A DNA stretch of 57,885 nt from a virus (taxonomy: Duplodnaviria; Caudoviricetes): IMG/VR virus record IMGVR_UViG_3300046170_000085, positions 1 through 57,885 of that record. One strand, 5' to 3'. Made by a program: the position numbers and the translations under genes. Shown piece by piece: positions 31,350 to 41,282 of this stretch (its first letter is position 1; each line of letters starts with the position of its first letter). The notes under the pieces were generated by a model, which was not told the origin of the DNA, searched no databases, and saw nothing but the letters and a program-made list of their open reading frames with translations.

Positions 31350-31619
31350 ATGGCTGATATGAAAATACCTGTTGCGTTAGTTTTTGCTATGGCTGTGCAA
31401 TTAGTTGGTTTAGTGTGGTACATAAGCAACATCGTCCATGACATTGAACATCTTCAAGGCCAAGTATCCGCGCAAAAAGATATTATTAATTTGTTGAATG
31501 ATGATGTAAACGATCTGTGGGTATTCTGTACCTTCACAGAGAATAAATGGGCAGAAGCCTACATAGACGATATGGTATATGAACGTGTTTGTGGAACAAA
31601 AGAGGTTGTAAATGAGTGA
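31350..31619 (+). CDS. Hypothetical membrane-anchored protein
   Basis: N-terminal TM plus coiled coil. Confidence 0.6.
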   Translation: MADMKIPVALVFAMAVQLVGLVWYISNIVHDIEHLQGQVSAQKDIINLLNDDVNDLWVFCTFTENKWAEAYIDDMVYERVCGTKEVVNE

Positions 31620-32220
31620 AGCATTAAAAACATTACAGGAAAAGATAGGATCTTCACCTGACGGTGCGTTTGGTCCCAACACTGCAAAGAAGATCTGTGA
31701 CCACTACGCTTTGAATCCAGAGCGTGGAGCGCATTTCTTAGGGCAGCTTGTGCACGAGAGTGGTACGTTTCGTTATACACAAGAGAATCTAAACTATAGC
31801 AAAGAATCTATACTAGGAGTATTTGGAAAATACTTTAAGTCTGAAAGTGATGCCGAAAGCTGTGCCCGAAATCCACAAGCTTTAGCAGACCGTGTGTATG
31901 GTGACAGGATGGGCAATGATGGACAGGGTTATCTGTGGCGAGGACGTGGATTTTTACAGTGCACTGGCAAAAATAACTACTCTCAATTCGCGGCGGACAT
32001 GGATTTGCCTGAGATAATGGATGATCCTGACTTGGTTGCTACTAAGTATCCTATGGAATCTGCTATCTGGTTCTTTCACAGAAACAAACTTTGGGACATA
32101 TGTGATGAGGGTGTTAACAACGAGGTTATAAAAACTATCACAAAAAGAGTGAATGGTGGGTATAACGGTTTAAAGCATCGTAAAGAAGAAACGGTAAAAA
32201 TTTATGGTTGGTTTATGTAA
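31612..32220 (+). CDS. Glycoside hydrolase family 19 endolysin
   Basis: FLGQLVHESG, ENLNYS, RGRGFLQCTGKNNY, TKRVNGGYNGL. Confidence 0.9.
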   Translation: MSEALKTLQEKIGSSPDGAFGPNTAKKICDHYALNPERGAHFLGQLVHESGTFRYTQENLNYSKESILGVFGKYFKSESDAESCARNPQALADRVYGDRMGNDGQGYLWRGRGFLQCTGKNNYSQFAADMDLPEIMDDPDLVATKYPMESAIWFFHRNKLWDICDEGVNNEVIKTITKRVNGGYNGLKHRKEETVKIYGWFM

Positions 32221-32432
32221 TGGATGTTGTTGACTTATCGAAATATTTGTATAAAAAATTAGAAGAGCGACAAAACGATATATCTGTTGCTCTTGCAAAT
32301 GGTGCTGTTAAAGATTGGGAACAGTACAAAATGGCGGTGGGAGAGATACGGGGACTCTCTTTTGCTCGAGAAGAAATCAAGTCCCTGCTGGAGAAAAACG
32401 TAGACGATGTCGAAGACCTTATATCTTCCTGA
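32220..32432 (+). CDS. Hypothetical protein
   Basis: YKMAVGEIRGL; coupled upstream of GroES. Confidence 0.65.
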   Translation: MDVVDLSKYLYKKLEERQNDISVALANGAVKDWEQYKMAVGEIRGLSFAREEIKSLLEKNVDDVEDLISS

Positions 32433-32892
32433 ACATCTTGCGCAGAAAGTTAACAAAGAAAAGAAAGAGGTTAAGTCCTCTGACTCTTTGAATAGCGCAT
32501 ATGTTGACGCTAATGAACGGGTGCTAGACCCGTCCCTCTTAGATAAACCGTTACTCGAAAGACTCCCGCAACCGACTGGTTGGCGGGTTTTAGTTATGCC
32601 GTATCAAGGTAAAGCTAAAACTGCGAGTGGCTTATATATTCCTGATGAAGTGAGAGAACGTGAGTCTGTAGCTACGACTGTAGCATACGTGATGAAGGTT
32701 GGACCCTTGGCGTACAAAGATCCAAGTAAGTTTGGATCTGAAAGTGAACCATGGTGCAAGGAGGGTCAATGGGTTTGCATTGGTCGCTACTCTGGATCTC
32801 GATTCAAGATTGACGGCGGAGAAGTTCGTATAATCAATGATGATGAAGTCATTGCTACGATCCTTGAGCCTGATGATGTAAAACAAGTATAA
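32407..32892 (+). CDS. groES: GroES-like co-chaperonin
   Basis: PTGWRVLV, KTASGLYIP, VGPLAY, GRYSG, RIINDDEVIA. Confidence 0.88.
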   Translation: MSKTLYLPEHLAQKVNKEKKEVKSSDSLNSAYVDANERVLDPSLLDKPLLERLPQPTGWRVLVMPYQGKAKTASGLYIPDEVRERESVATTVAYVMKVGPLAYKDPSKFGSESEPWCKEGQWVCIGRYSGSRFKIDGGEVRIINDDEVIATILEPDDVKQV

Positions 32893-32903
32893 GGGGATAA
32901 GTC

Positions 32904-33782
32904 ATGGCAGAAGAAGAGAAACAAGTTACCGAAGAAGAAATAACTATAGAAACACCCGAAGCAGCTACTGAAGAAAAGGTTGAGGTTTCTACAGAAGCAG
33001 AAGAAAAACCTCAAGGAGATGAGTTAGACTCTTACAGTAAAGGTGTTCAGTCTCGTATAAAAAAACTCACAGAAAAGTACCGCCAAGAAGAACGGGATAA
33101 AGGAGAAGCTCTTAGAGTTTCTCAAGAACTGCTTGAGGAAAATAAAAAATTAAAATCCCGTGTGCAAGCCTTGGACACAGGATATCTTTCTGAGTATGGC
33201 ACCAGATTGCAATCGCAAACTGAGTCAGCAAAACGTGCGTATAAAGAAGCATATGATGCAGGCGACAGTGACAAAATGGTGGAAGCGCAACAAGCTTTAT
33301 CCAATATTGCAGTAGAAACGCAACGTTACAACACTGCTAAGATCAGGGCAGAACAACAAGCTAAAGTACAGGTTGCTCAACAACAACAGCCAGTACAACA
33401 GCAACGGCCAGTACAACAACAAGCTCAACCAGATCCCCGTGCAATTCAGTGGAAGGATAAAAATACTTGGTTTGGTGACGATAAGATTATGACAGCTGCG
33501 GCTTTCGCGCTTCATAGTCAACTTACTGAAGAAGAGGGGTTTGACCCGAACACAGAAGAGTACTATAGTGAGGTTGATAGCCGTATGCGGAAGGAGTTTC
33601 CACACAAATTCCAGACGGCTAAGAAATCGGGTGGAGCACAGGTCGCCGCTGCTGCTGCTTCAGCATCCCGCAGTACAGCAAAATCAGGGCGCAGGTCGGT
33701 CAAGTTATCGCACTCACAAGTAGCGATTGCGAAAAAACTGGGCGTACCTCTTGAAGAATACGCCAAGTATGTGAAGGAGTAA
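32904..33782 (+). CDS. Capsid scaffolding protein
   Basis: Acidic coiled coil; C-terminal QVAIAKKLGVPLEEYAK; upstream of capsid genes. Confidence 0.7.
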   Translation: MAEEEKQVTEEEITIETPEAATEEKVEVSTEAEEKPQGDELDSYSKGVQSRIKKLTEKYRQEERDKGEALRVSQELLEENKKLKSRVQALDTGYLSEYGTRLQSQTESAKRAYKEAYDAGDSDKMVEAQQALSNIAVETQRYNTAKIRAEQQAKVQVAQQQQPVQQQRPVQQQAQPDPRAIQWKDKNTWFGDDKIMTAAAFALHSQLTEEEGFDPNTEEYYSEVDSRMRKEFPHKFQTAKKSGGAQVAAAAASASRSTAKSGRRSVKLSHSQVAIAKKLGVPLEEYAKYVKE

Positions 33783-33785
33783 CAA

Positions 33786-34247
33786 ATGGCTGACACTAGA
33801 ACACCGCGTGAAAACGCAACACGAGATAAAGAAACTCGCAGAAAACCTTGGGCACCGCCCAGTCACCTTGAAGCACCTGAAGCCCCGAAGGGTTTTGTGC
33901 ATCGATGGATACGAATTGCAATGCGTGGGGAGGAGGACAAGATGAACGTCCATGCCAAGCTACGTGAAGGATGGGAACCCGTCCGCGCAGATCAGTATCC
34001 ACACTATGAAGCTCCTGTCATCGATGATGGCAAATATCAGGGAGTGATTGGACAAGGAGGACTGATGCTGTGCCGTATACCTGAAGAGACAGCGCATGAG
34101 AGAAACGAGTATTACGGGGGCCGAACCCGCGAACAAATGACTGCTGTGGATCAGGACTTGATGAAGGAACAACATCCTTCAATGCCGATTACTAATAATC
34201 GGCAAAGTCGTGTAACCTTCGGGGGATCCAACGGAGACTCCGATTAA
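33786..34247 (+). CDS. Conserved head-module protein
   Basis: HRWIR, LREGWEPV, GGLMLCRIP; AAGGAG RBS. Confidence 0.7.
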   Translation: MADTRTPRENATRDKETRRKPWAPPSHLEAPEAPKGFVHRWIRIAMRGEEDKMNVHAKLREGWEPVRADQYPHYEAPVIDDGKYQGVIGQGGLMLCRIPEETAHERNEYYGGRTREQMTAVDQDLMKEQHPSMPITNNRQSRVTFGGSNGDSD

Positions 34248-34264
34248 CATAAAGGATTGCTACT

Positions 34265-34900
34265 ATGGCAAACACTAACGGTGCATTCGGACTTCGTCCG
34301 ATTGGAGTAGTCGGTCAGGCTACTAACACCACTGGTGCGACCGAGTATCGTATAGCAGCCGGAAATACAAACACGATCTTTCAAGGCTCACCTGTTATCC
34401 CGCTATCAACTGGTTTTATTGACAAAGTTGGCGCGGCAACTGGTGGCACTGTAGGTCTCGTAGGTGTTTTCTGGGGTTGTGAATACGTTTCGTCCACCAC
34501 TGGTGAAACAATATTTTCTAACAACTGGCCTGGTTCTGGCGCGGATACTAACCATCCCGTCAAAGCTTTCGTGTATGACAACCCAATGCAAACATTCGTC
34601 ATCTGTTCAGACGCTTCACTAACTAGCGCAGCAACTGCTAGAGGACATGTGTTCGCAAACGCAAATTTTGCAGACGGTGCTGCCGGATCTTCTACGACTG
34701 GTATCTCTTCCGCAAAGTTGGGTGTTAGCACAATTAACACCACTGCAAACTTAAATTTGAGAATCATGGGTATCCAAGATGACCCTGAAAACTCAGATTT
34801 TACCGCAGCGGGTATCCCTGTAATTGTTCGTTTAAACAACTCCTTCAATTCCGCCAATGGCGCGATTGCAGGCGGTACTGTTTCAACGACTGGCGTATAA
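34265..34900 (+). CDS. Minor capsid/decoration protein
   Basis: MAN..GAFGLRP, beta-rich, immediately before the MCP. Confidence 0.65.
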   Translation: MANTNGAFGLRPIGVVGQATNTTGATEYRIAAGNTNTIFQGSPVIPLSTGFIDKVGAATGGTVGLVGVFWGCEYVSSTTGETIFSNNWPGSGADTNHPVKAFVYDNPMQTFVICSDASLTSAATARGHVFANANFADGAAGSSTTGISSAKLGVSTINTTANLNLRIMGIQDDPENSDFTAAGIPVIVRLNNSFNSANGAIAGGTVSTTGV

Positions 34901-34912
34901 GGAGACTGACTT

Positions 34913-35824
34913 ATGGCTATATCTCGCGCACAACTAGCGAAAGAGTTGGAACCAGGTCTCAACGCCTTGTTTGGTATGGAGTACGAAAGGTACGAAAACC
35001 AACATGCAGAGATCTACACTACTGAATCTTCAGATCGAGCATTTGAAGAAGAGGTTATGTTATCCGGCTTCGGAGCGGCACCGACTAAATCAGAAGGTGG
35101 CGCAGTAAACTTTGACGACGCTAACGAAGCATACACTGCTCGTTACAACCACGAAACAGTAGCGTTGGCATTCTCAATCACTGAGGAAGCTATCGAAGAC
35201 AATCTCTATGATCGTCTTGGTTCACGTTATACTCGTGCGTTGGCTCGTTCAATGGCACACTCAAAGCAGGTTAAAGCTGCATCTGTATTGAACACAGCGT
35301 TCACAGGTGGTGCTACTGCGGGTGGTGATGGTGTTGCACTTTGTGCGACTAACCATCCTCTAACTTCTGGAGGTACATTTGCCAACGAACCTGCAACTGC
35401 TGCTGATTTAAACGAAACATCTCTTGAAGATGCTTTGATTAATATCGCAGGATTTGTTGACGAGCGTGGTTTAAAAGTTGCTTTACGTGGCATGAAGTTA
35501 CTTATCCCAAGACAACTGCAATTCGTTGCAGAGCGTCTGATGGTATCTAACCTTCGTGTTGGTACAGCGGACAATGATACAAACGCACTAAGATCAATGG
35601 GCATGTTGCCTAACGGTTATGCCGTTAACGACTTCCTAACAGATCCTGATGCGTTCTTTATCATGACTGATGCTCCTCGTGGAATGATCCACTTTGAGCG
35701 TACTCCGCTATCCACAAACATGGAAGCAGACTTCGACACAGGAAACATGAGGTTTAAAGCTCGTGAACGTTACAGCTTTGGGTTCTCAGACCCACGTTGT
35801 ATCTTTGGTTCACCTGGAGCCTAA
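34913..35824 (+). CDS. Major capsid protein
   Basis: MAISRAQLAKELEPGLNALFG, ITEEAIEDNLYD, RERYSFG.SDPR; strong RBS and downstream terminator. Confidence 0.88.
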   Translation: MAISRAQLAKELEPGLNALFGMEYERYENQHAEIYTTESSDRAFEEEVMLSGFGAAPTKSEGGAVNFDDANEAYTARYNHETVALAFSITEEAIEDNLYDRLGSRYTRALARSMAHSKQVKAASVLNTAFTGGATAGGDGVALCATNHPLTSGGTFANEPATAADLNETSLEDALINIAGFVDERGLKVALRGMKLLIPRQLQFVAERLMVSNLRVGTADNDTNALRSMGMLPNGYAVNDFLTDPDAFFIMTDAPRGMIHFERTPLSTNMEADFDTGNMRFKARERYSFGFSDPRCIFGSPGA

Positions 35825-35860
35825 ACTGTGATATAAGGAGGTATTACCTCCATTTTGATT

Positions 35861-35889
35861 GGGGCAGCTTCGGTTGCCCCTTTCTTTTT
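35861..35889 (+). terminator. Rho-independent terminator after the MCP
   Basis: GGGGCAGC-TTCG-GTTGCCCC followed by TTTCTTTTT. Confidence 0.88.
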
Positions 35890-35966
35890 GTTTAAAGATA
35901 AGTTACTCTGTTTGTATCCCTGACAGTCACATGGTGTGGCTGACTAACCCTAGACAGGAGATCAAC

Positions 35967-36437
35967 ATGGGTACGACAACTTTTTCAGGTCCGATTCGGG
36001 CAGGTAATATTAGAAATACAACGGGTACTGTCGTTGGAACAGACATAGCAAACGTCGGCTACGTTGTAATGACTCAACAACATGTAATGGATATTTCTGG
36101 CGGTGCTGTTGCAGCAGAAGCCACAAATGTAGTGATTCCCGCTAACTCAAAAATCGTAGACATAATTATCGATTTAGAAGTAGCTGCTAACACCACAACA
36201 AATATTAGTGTTGGTGATACTGTAGGCGGTGCAGCAACTCTTGTTAATGCTGTTGCTTCTGGAACTACTGTAGGTATTAAAGCTTTAGGTGCTTCTGGTG
36301 GTGGTACACTTACATGGAAGAACACTGGTACATCCGATTTAAAATTAACAGCTACCTCAAGCGCAGGTACGAATGCGGGATCAGTTGTTATAACAGTAAT
36401 GTATGCTCAGGCTTTTAACACTGCTGTTCAACCTTAA
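35967..36437 (+). CDS. Virion structural protein
   Basis: MGTTTFSGP start with CAGGAG RBS; beta-rich. Confidence 0.7.
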   Translation: MGTTTFSGPIRAGNIRNTTGTVVGTDIANVGYVVMTQQHVMDISGGAVAAEATNVVIPANSKIVDIIIDLEVAANTTTNISVGDTVGGAATLVNAVASGTTVGIKALGASGGGTLTWKNTGTSDLKLTATSSAGTNAGSVVITVMYAQAFNTAVQP

Positions 36438-36450
36438 TAGGAGATGTTAA

Positions 36451-36723
36451 ATGGCTGCTTCTATTTCTGCAAAGACAGTTACGTCTACTGGCACGTTACA
36501 AGGCGGTAGAACTAGACTAAAATCATTCTATGTAAAAACTGCGGGTAGCGGTTCTCCTGCGGTTGTGTTCAAAAACGGTAGTAGTGGAGCAACACAGTTA
36601 TCTATGGTCTTTCATCAAAGTGATGACAATCAGATCACTATCCCAGATCATGGTATGATCTTTAGTGCTGAGTGTCATGTGACACTTACCAACATTGACT
36701 CGATCACTGGATTCTTTGGTTAA
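36451..36723 (+). CDS. Small virion structural protein
   Basis: TAGGAG RBS; beta-rich. Confidence 0.65.
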   Translation: MAASISAKTVTSTGTLQGGRTRLKSFYVKTAGSGSPAVVFKNGSSGATQLSMVFHQSDDNQITIPDHGMIFSAECHVTLTNIDSITGFFG

Positions 36724-36726
36724 AGC

Positions 36727-36756
36727 AACGGCGGTGTAAGAGCCGCCGTTTTTTCT
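36727..36756 (+). terminator. Rho-independent terminator
   Basis: AACGGCGG-8 nt-CCGCCGTT followed by TTTTCT. Confidence 0.8.
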
Positions 36757-36765
36757 GAGGGTAAG

Positions 36766-37011
36766 ATGGCTAAGATCGATAAGGATAGAATGAAGTGCAA
36801 CAAACCGAAACGTCAGGTTTCTGGCGGCAAGAAGTTTGTTGTCAAGGCGTGTGACAAGGGTAAAGAAAAGATAGTCAGATTTGGGGACGCCAATATGACT
36901 ATCAAGAAATCAAACCCAAAACGTCGTAAGTCTTTCCGTGCTCGTCACGGTTGTGATAAAGGCACTCTTGATAAACTAAAGGCCAAATACTGGTCTTGTA
37001 AAATGTGGTGA
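36766..37011 (+). CDS. Small basic conserved phage protein
   Basis: KIVRFGD..MTIKK..RRKSFRARH.C...YWSCKMW. Confidence 0.75.
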   Translation: MAKIDKDRMKCNKPKRQVSGGKKFVVKACDKGKEKIVRFGDANMTIKKSNPKRRKSFRARHGCDKGTLDKLKAKYWSCKMW

Positions 37012-37016
37012 ATGAA

Positions 37017-37253
37017 GTGAACAAACAAGTCACAATAGCTCTTATAACAGCTTTCATAATCGGTGTTGGTGGTGTTGGCTACAGTTGGATTGATTGGGTT
37101 ACTAAAGACCTTTGATCAGCAGTAGATAAAAGAACAGAGGTCATGGCCTCACAGATTGATTATATAAAGACAGAGATGGAGAGGACATATGGCAATCTCG
37201 AGGGCGCAGATGCGACAGCAAGTATCCAAGCCTCCATCGAAGGGGGTGACTAA
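37017..37253 (+). CDS. Small membrane protein, apparently frameshifted
   Basis: VNKQVTIALITAFIIG.. breaks near 37105-37120 and resumes to TAA 37253. Confidence 0.35.
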
Positions 37254-37532
37254 TGGCAAAGAAAAAGACAAAAAAAGACGCTTGTTATCACAAAGTAAAA
37301 AGCCGTTACAAAGTATGGCCCTCGGCTTACGCTTCGGGGGCGTTATCAAAAGTGCCGCAAAGTAGGGGCAAAAAACTGGGGAAACTCTACTAAGAAAGCA
37401 GAAGGTGGAATAGTTTCTTCAATTGATAATCCCAAACGTCCTCCTAAGAAAGGGTTTAATGGAGGGGGTTTTATTGCCTCTGGCTGTGGTCAAGTAGAAG
37501 AGTCAAGGCGTAAGACTACAAGGACATTTTGA
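37253..37532 (+). CDS. Small basic protein (one apparent extra A at ~37348-37351)
   Basis: KDACYHKVKSRYKVWPSAYASGALSK/CRKVGAKNWG restored by deleting one A. Confidence 0.7.
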
Positions 37533-37765
37533 TGGCGAAAAAGAACTCTTTGCGGGAATGGTTTGGTCAGAATGATGGCAAGGGTTGGGTTGACTGCAAG
37601 ACAGGAAAGCCCTGTGGTCGTCAAAAGGGAGAGAAGCGTAAAGGTTATCCCGCTTGTCGCCCTACTATGGCACAGTGTACATCTGCTGCAAAGAAAAAGA
37701 AATCGTCGAAACGAATTAGTTGGAAGAATAAAAAGGCTAATGGTGGCTTAATAAGAGTGTTTTGA
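37532..37765 (+). CDS. Small basic conserved phage protein
   Basis: SLREWF..WVDCKTGKPCGR...YPACRP. Confidence 0.75.
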   Translation: MAKKNSLREWFGQNDGKGWVDCKTGKPCGRQKGEKRKGYPACRPTMAQCTSAAKKKKSSKRISWKNKKANGGLIRVF

Positions 37766-37778
37766 AAGGAGAACTCAC

Positions 37779-38030
37779 ATGGCTATGAAGAAGAAAGGCT
37801 ATCGTAACGGTGGCAAAATAAAACCCAAAGGGATGAAAAATGGCGGCAAGGTCAAGCCTAAAGGGATGAAGAACGGTGGTAAGGTTAAGCCCAAGGGAAT
37901 GAAGAACGGTGGCAAGGTCAAGCCCAAGGGAATGAAGAACGGTGGCAAGGTTAAGCCCAAGGGAATGGCTAAAGGTGGCAGAGTTGGTGGAGCGCAGGTT
38001 TCAGGCTTAGGTTTCAAAGGACACTTCTAA
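37779..38030 (+). CDS. Lys/Gly-rich protein made of 11-aa tandem repeats (KPKGMKNGGKV)
   Basis: About five 33-nt repeats; AAGGAG RBS. Confidence 0.8.
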   Translation: MAMKKKGYRNGGKIKPKGMKNGGKVKPKGMKNGGKVKPKGMKNGGKVKPKGMKNGGKVKPKGMAKGGRVGGAQVSGLGFKGHF

Positions 38031-38035
38031 ACAAA

Positions 38036-38722
38036 ATGTCATACCTACAAAGTAACATCCCTTACTTCAAAGCATGGGTTCGTCGTGAATACACTCACAA
38101 TCATGAGAAGTATCACGGCGAATTTCTACATGCTATGGTTGTTGCTGTAACCACAATTCCAAATCGGTCTCTTAGTTTTCAAGTTATTTTTACTGGTTGT
38201 GAAGCTGAAGATGAAGAAGAGGACACCGTTCATGGTGGTGCAATGTGGGCAAGAATGCCTCTTACGGCATTGGTGGCAGATATTCCATTAGCTGAATGGC
38301 CTGTGCCGATGTCAACACATGATGCTCAACCGTGGGATTGTGCATCACATGATCATGCGGTGTATGTTTTAGATAGGGCTACACCATGTCCATGGATGGC
38401 GAAGATTGATGGACAGTTCTTTCCTGCAAAGTATCTTTTTACTGTAGACTACACAAACTCTGAGATTGCAGATGATCCGGCACAACATAAACAAAGCCAT
38501 GTGATGCAGTTGTTGGATGCAGGAGAGTGGACGGGAAATATAGTAGCGTTACCAAATAATCGGGTAAGGGTTACACATCCTGCTTGGTTTGCGGTGGGTG
38601 AGGGTGCACCAGACTTTAGACCTTCACAACATACACACTATTCAAAAAGTGATTTAGACTATACACTAGATGTCAATCGAGTGTTCGATAATCTGTATAA
38701 CCAAGAGGATAATAATGGATAA
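38036..38722 (+). CDS. Conserved hypothetical protein
   Basis: GGAMWARMP, QPWDC, YLFTVD, QHKQSH, LPNNRVR. Confidence 0.8.
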   Translation: MSYLQSNIPYFKAWVRREYTHNHEKYHGEFLHAMVVAVTTIPNRSLSFQVIFTGCEAEDEEEDTVHGGAMWARMPLTALVADIPLAEWPVPMSTHDAQPWDCASHDHAVYVLDRATPCPWMAKIDGQFFPAKYLFTVDYTNSEIADDPAQHKQSHVMQLLDAGEWTGNIVALPNNRVRVTHPAWFAVGEGAPDFRPSQHTHYSKSDLDYTLDVNRVFDNLYNQEDNNG

Positions 38723-38873
38723 CTCTGACAAGAAAGATCCCAATGAAGGGATAAAAGCATTGAGAAAACAAGCAAAAACAAACCCTAATGCTCAAAAGGC
38801 GTTAGATAATATAGGTTACAAAAACGGCGGTTGCGTTATGGTTAAAACAAATCAGAAACCAAAAATGAGTTGA
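38715..38873 (+). CDS. Small basic protein
   Basis: GAGGA RBS, MDNSDKK..GYKNGGCV. Confidence 0.55.
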   Translation: MDNSDKKDPNEGIKALRKQAKTNPNAQKALDNIGYKNGGCVMVKTNQKPKMS

Positions 38874-38877
38874 TACA

Positions 38878-39543
38878 ATGACAACATCAGGATCAAGAGA
38901 TTTTAACCTCGATGTCGGAGAGGTAATCGAAGAAGCATACGAGAGGTGTGGGCTAGAAGTTCGCACGGGGTATGATGCTAAGACGGCTCGTAGGTCTATG
39001 AATCTGATGTTTGCAGACTGGGCTAATCGTGGTCTTAACTTGTGGACGGTAAAAGAAGCAAGCTTTACTGTAACACAAGGGACATCTTCTTATTCGTTAG
39101 CTGCTGATGTCGTTGATGTGTTGGACGTTGTGATACGAAGATCTAATACTGATTACGAACTTCAACGTATTAGCCGTGGTGATTATGCGACAGTTCCCAG
39201 TAAAACTACTCAAGGCAGACCAAGTCAGTTTTGGTTAGATCGGCAAATTACACCTGTAATGTATTTGTGGTCTACTCCTGAAAACTCTACAGACCAAGTT
39301 CGTTATTATTATGTACGCAGGATAGAAGATGCAGACGCTCTTGTTAATACTACTGATATGCCTTTTCGTTTTTATCCTTGTATGGTGGCGGGGTTAGCCT
39401 ACTACATGGCTATGAAACGAGCACCAGATCGTATTCAGATGTTAAAATCAGTTTATGAAGAAGAGTTCCAACGTGCAGCGGACGAGGATCAAGGTCGAAC
39501 ACCTTTGAAGTTGCAGCCTAGTTTGAGTTATCTGAGGGTGTAA
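38878..39543 (+). CDS. Head-tail adaptor / tail tubular-like protein
   Basis: IEEAYERCG, ARRSMNL...WANRGLNLW, GLAYY; position in the structural module. Confidence 0.7.
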   Translation: MTTSGSRDFNLDVGEVIEEAYERCGLEVRTGYDAKTARRSMNLMFADWANRGLNLWTVKEASFTVTQGTSSYSLAADVVDVLDVVIRRSNTDYELQRISRGDYATVPSKTTQGRPSQFWLDRQITPVMYLWSTPENSTDQVRYYYVRRIEDADALVNTTDMPFRFYPCMVAGLAYYMAMKRAPDRIQMLKSVYEEEFQRAADEDQGRTPLKLQPSLSYLRV

Positions 39544-40331
39544 TGGCCTACGCTAGTGGTAAACATGCTTATGGTATATCGGATCGGTCAGGTCGCCGTT
39601 ACCGTCTTCGTGAGATGAAGACAGAGTGGACGGGTGCCAAGGTCGGTCCTGATGAGTTTGAGACTAAGCATCCACAGTTGTTTCCACCAAGAGCGTTTCC
39701 AGACCCACAAGCTTTACGCGGTCCTAGACCAGAGACAGAGTTGCCAGAACAAAGAGCTATCCAACATGGGTACAATCCTGTTGGTTTTAGAGACGTACCA
39801 GGAATAACGCCACCAAACAACTTAGTTGCTCAAGGAGAAGTTGGATCTGTAACTGTAACTATATCAGATACAGGTAACGAGGCCGTAAACGTAACAGGTT
39901 CAGCAGGAACAAGTGCAATTGGTTCTGTTACAGTCAATACTACTAGCGCAAATGTAAGTGTTAGTGTAACAGGTCTTGCAGGTACAGGTACGGTTGGTGC
40001 AATTTCAAACGTGATCTCAGATACTTTTGCTGTTACGGTATCTAACCCAGGATCAGGTAATAGATATTATATTGACACTGTTTTACAGGCCACTCTCAAC
40101 TTAAACGAGGGAAGAACTTATATTTTTAATTGGTCTTCAGCAACAGGTCATCCTTTAAGGTTTTCAACTACCTCAGATGGCACACACGGTGGCGGTTCAG
40201 AGTATACAACAGGTGTTGTAAAAGATGACAGTGCATACACAACGCAAATAACTGTAGCGGCTAGTGCTCCAACACTGTATTACTATTGCCAGTTCCACAG
40301 CGGAATGGGAGGTCAGATTAACACGCCATGA
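39543..40331 (+). CDS. Virion protein with C-terminal cupredoxin-like domain
   Basis: N-terminal SDRSG..HPQL domain; GHPLRF...YYYCQFHSGMGG. Confidence 0.7.
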   Translation: MAYASGKHAYGISDRSGRRYRLREMKTEWTGAKVGPDEFETKHPQLFPPRAFPDPQALRGPRPETELPEQRAIQHGYNPVGFRDVPGITPPNNLVAQGEVGSVTVTISDTGNEAVNVTGSAGTSAIGSVTVNTTSANVSVSVTGLAGTGTVGAISNVISDTFAVTVSNPGSGNRYYIDTVLQATLNLNEGRTYIFNWSSATGHPLRFSTTSDGTHGGGSEYTTGVVKDDSAYTTQITVAASAPTLYYYCQFHSGMGGQINTP

Positions 40332-40985
40332 GCTTTACATACGATCAACTTAAGACAGCTATCCAAGATTATACGGAAAATGATGAGACTTCTTTCGTAA
40401 ACAATATTCCATTGTTTATACGAATAGCGGAAGAACGAATACTAAAGAACGTGCAGCTTAGTTTGTTTCGTAAGAATGCTACGGCCTACATGTACGGCTA
40501 GTAACAAAGTTTCTCGCATGTCCTAGCGACTTTCTAGCTCCTTTTTCTTTAAGTCTTGCAGGAACAGATGGAGACAAGTTCTTCATAGACTTTCAAAGAT
40601 CCTAGTTTTGTACAGACTTATACTCCAGATGCTACAACTACGGGATCCCCTCGATACTACGCGGTCTTCGATGTGGACAACTTTATATTGGCTCCAACCC
40701 CGAACGCTAGCATTCACCGCTGAACTTCATTATTTCTATCGCCCTGCAAGTTTGACTGCGCGGATCTGGTAGTGGAACGACTTGGTTGAGTGAAAACGCT
40801 GAGATGGCTATGTTGTATGGAGCGCTTATTCGAAGCGTACATATACATGAAGGGTGAACAAGATGTCATGGCTATGTATGCCGGAAGGTTTCAAGAAGCA
40901 ATTACTGGTGTAAAAGATGCTTGGAGAAGCAAAAGAAACTACAGACGAATATCGCACTGGAAAAGTTATAAGGGCTAAACAATAA
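40328..40985 (+). CDS. Tail tubular/adaptor-like protein, broken by several apparent indels
   Basis: MSFTYDQLKTAIQDYTEN..FIRIAEERI; later TTWLSEN..EAYIYMKGE fragments in shifting frames. Confidence 0.65.
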
Positions 40986-41281
40986 TGTTTAAAATAGATG
41001 TAAGTGTTCCTAGAGATGAATCTTTAGTTCAAATAAACACAACCCATAATAGGGGTCTTACCCCTGATGAATTATCCGAACAGTGTGTCGAAAAGATCAT
41101 AGCTGTTTCGGATTCAGCGCATCCAGAAATAAGGGATCAGGCTCGTGCCTACTCTAAGCATCTGGAGAAATTGGTGGCTTACTATATGAGACAAGCTATT
41201 CACAGTGACCGTACAACTGTGTATAATGCTCTCAAGGAAGCAGGTCATCCTGAACTAGCCGACCTTATAAGGAGATTGTAA
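40985..41281 (+). CDS. Conserved hypothetical protein
   Basis: Coupled ORF in the tail region. Confidence 0.7.
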   Translation: MFKIDVSVPRDESLVQINTTHNRGLTPDELSEQCVEKIIAVSDSAHPEIRDQARAYSKHLEKLVAYYMRQAIHSDRTTVYNALKEAGHPELADLIRRL

Positions 41282-41282
41282 A

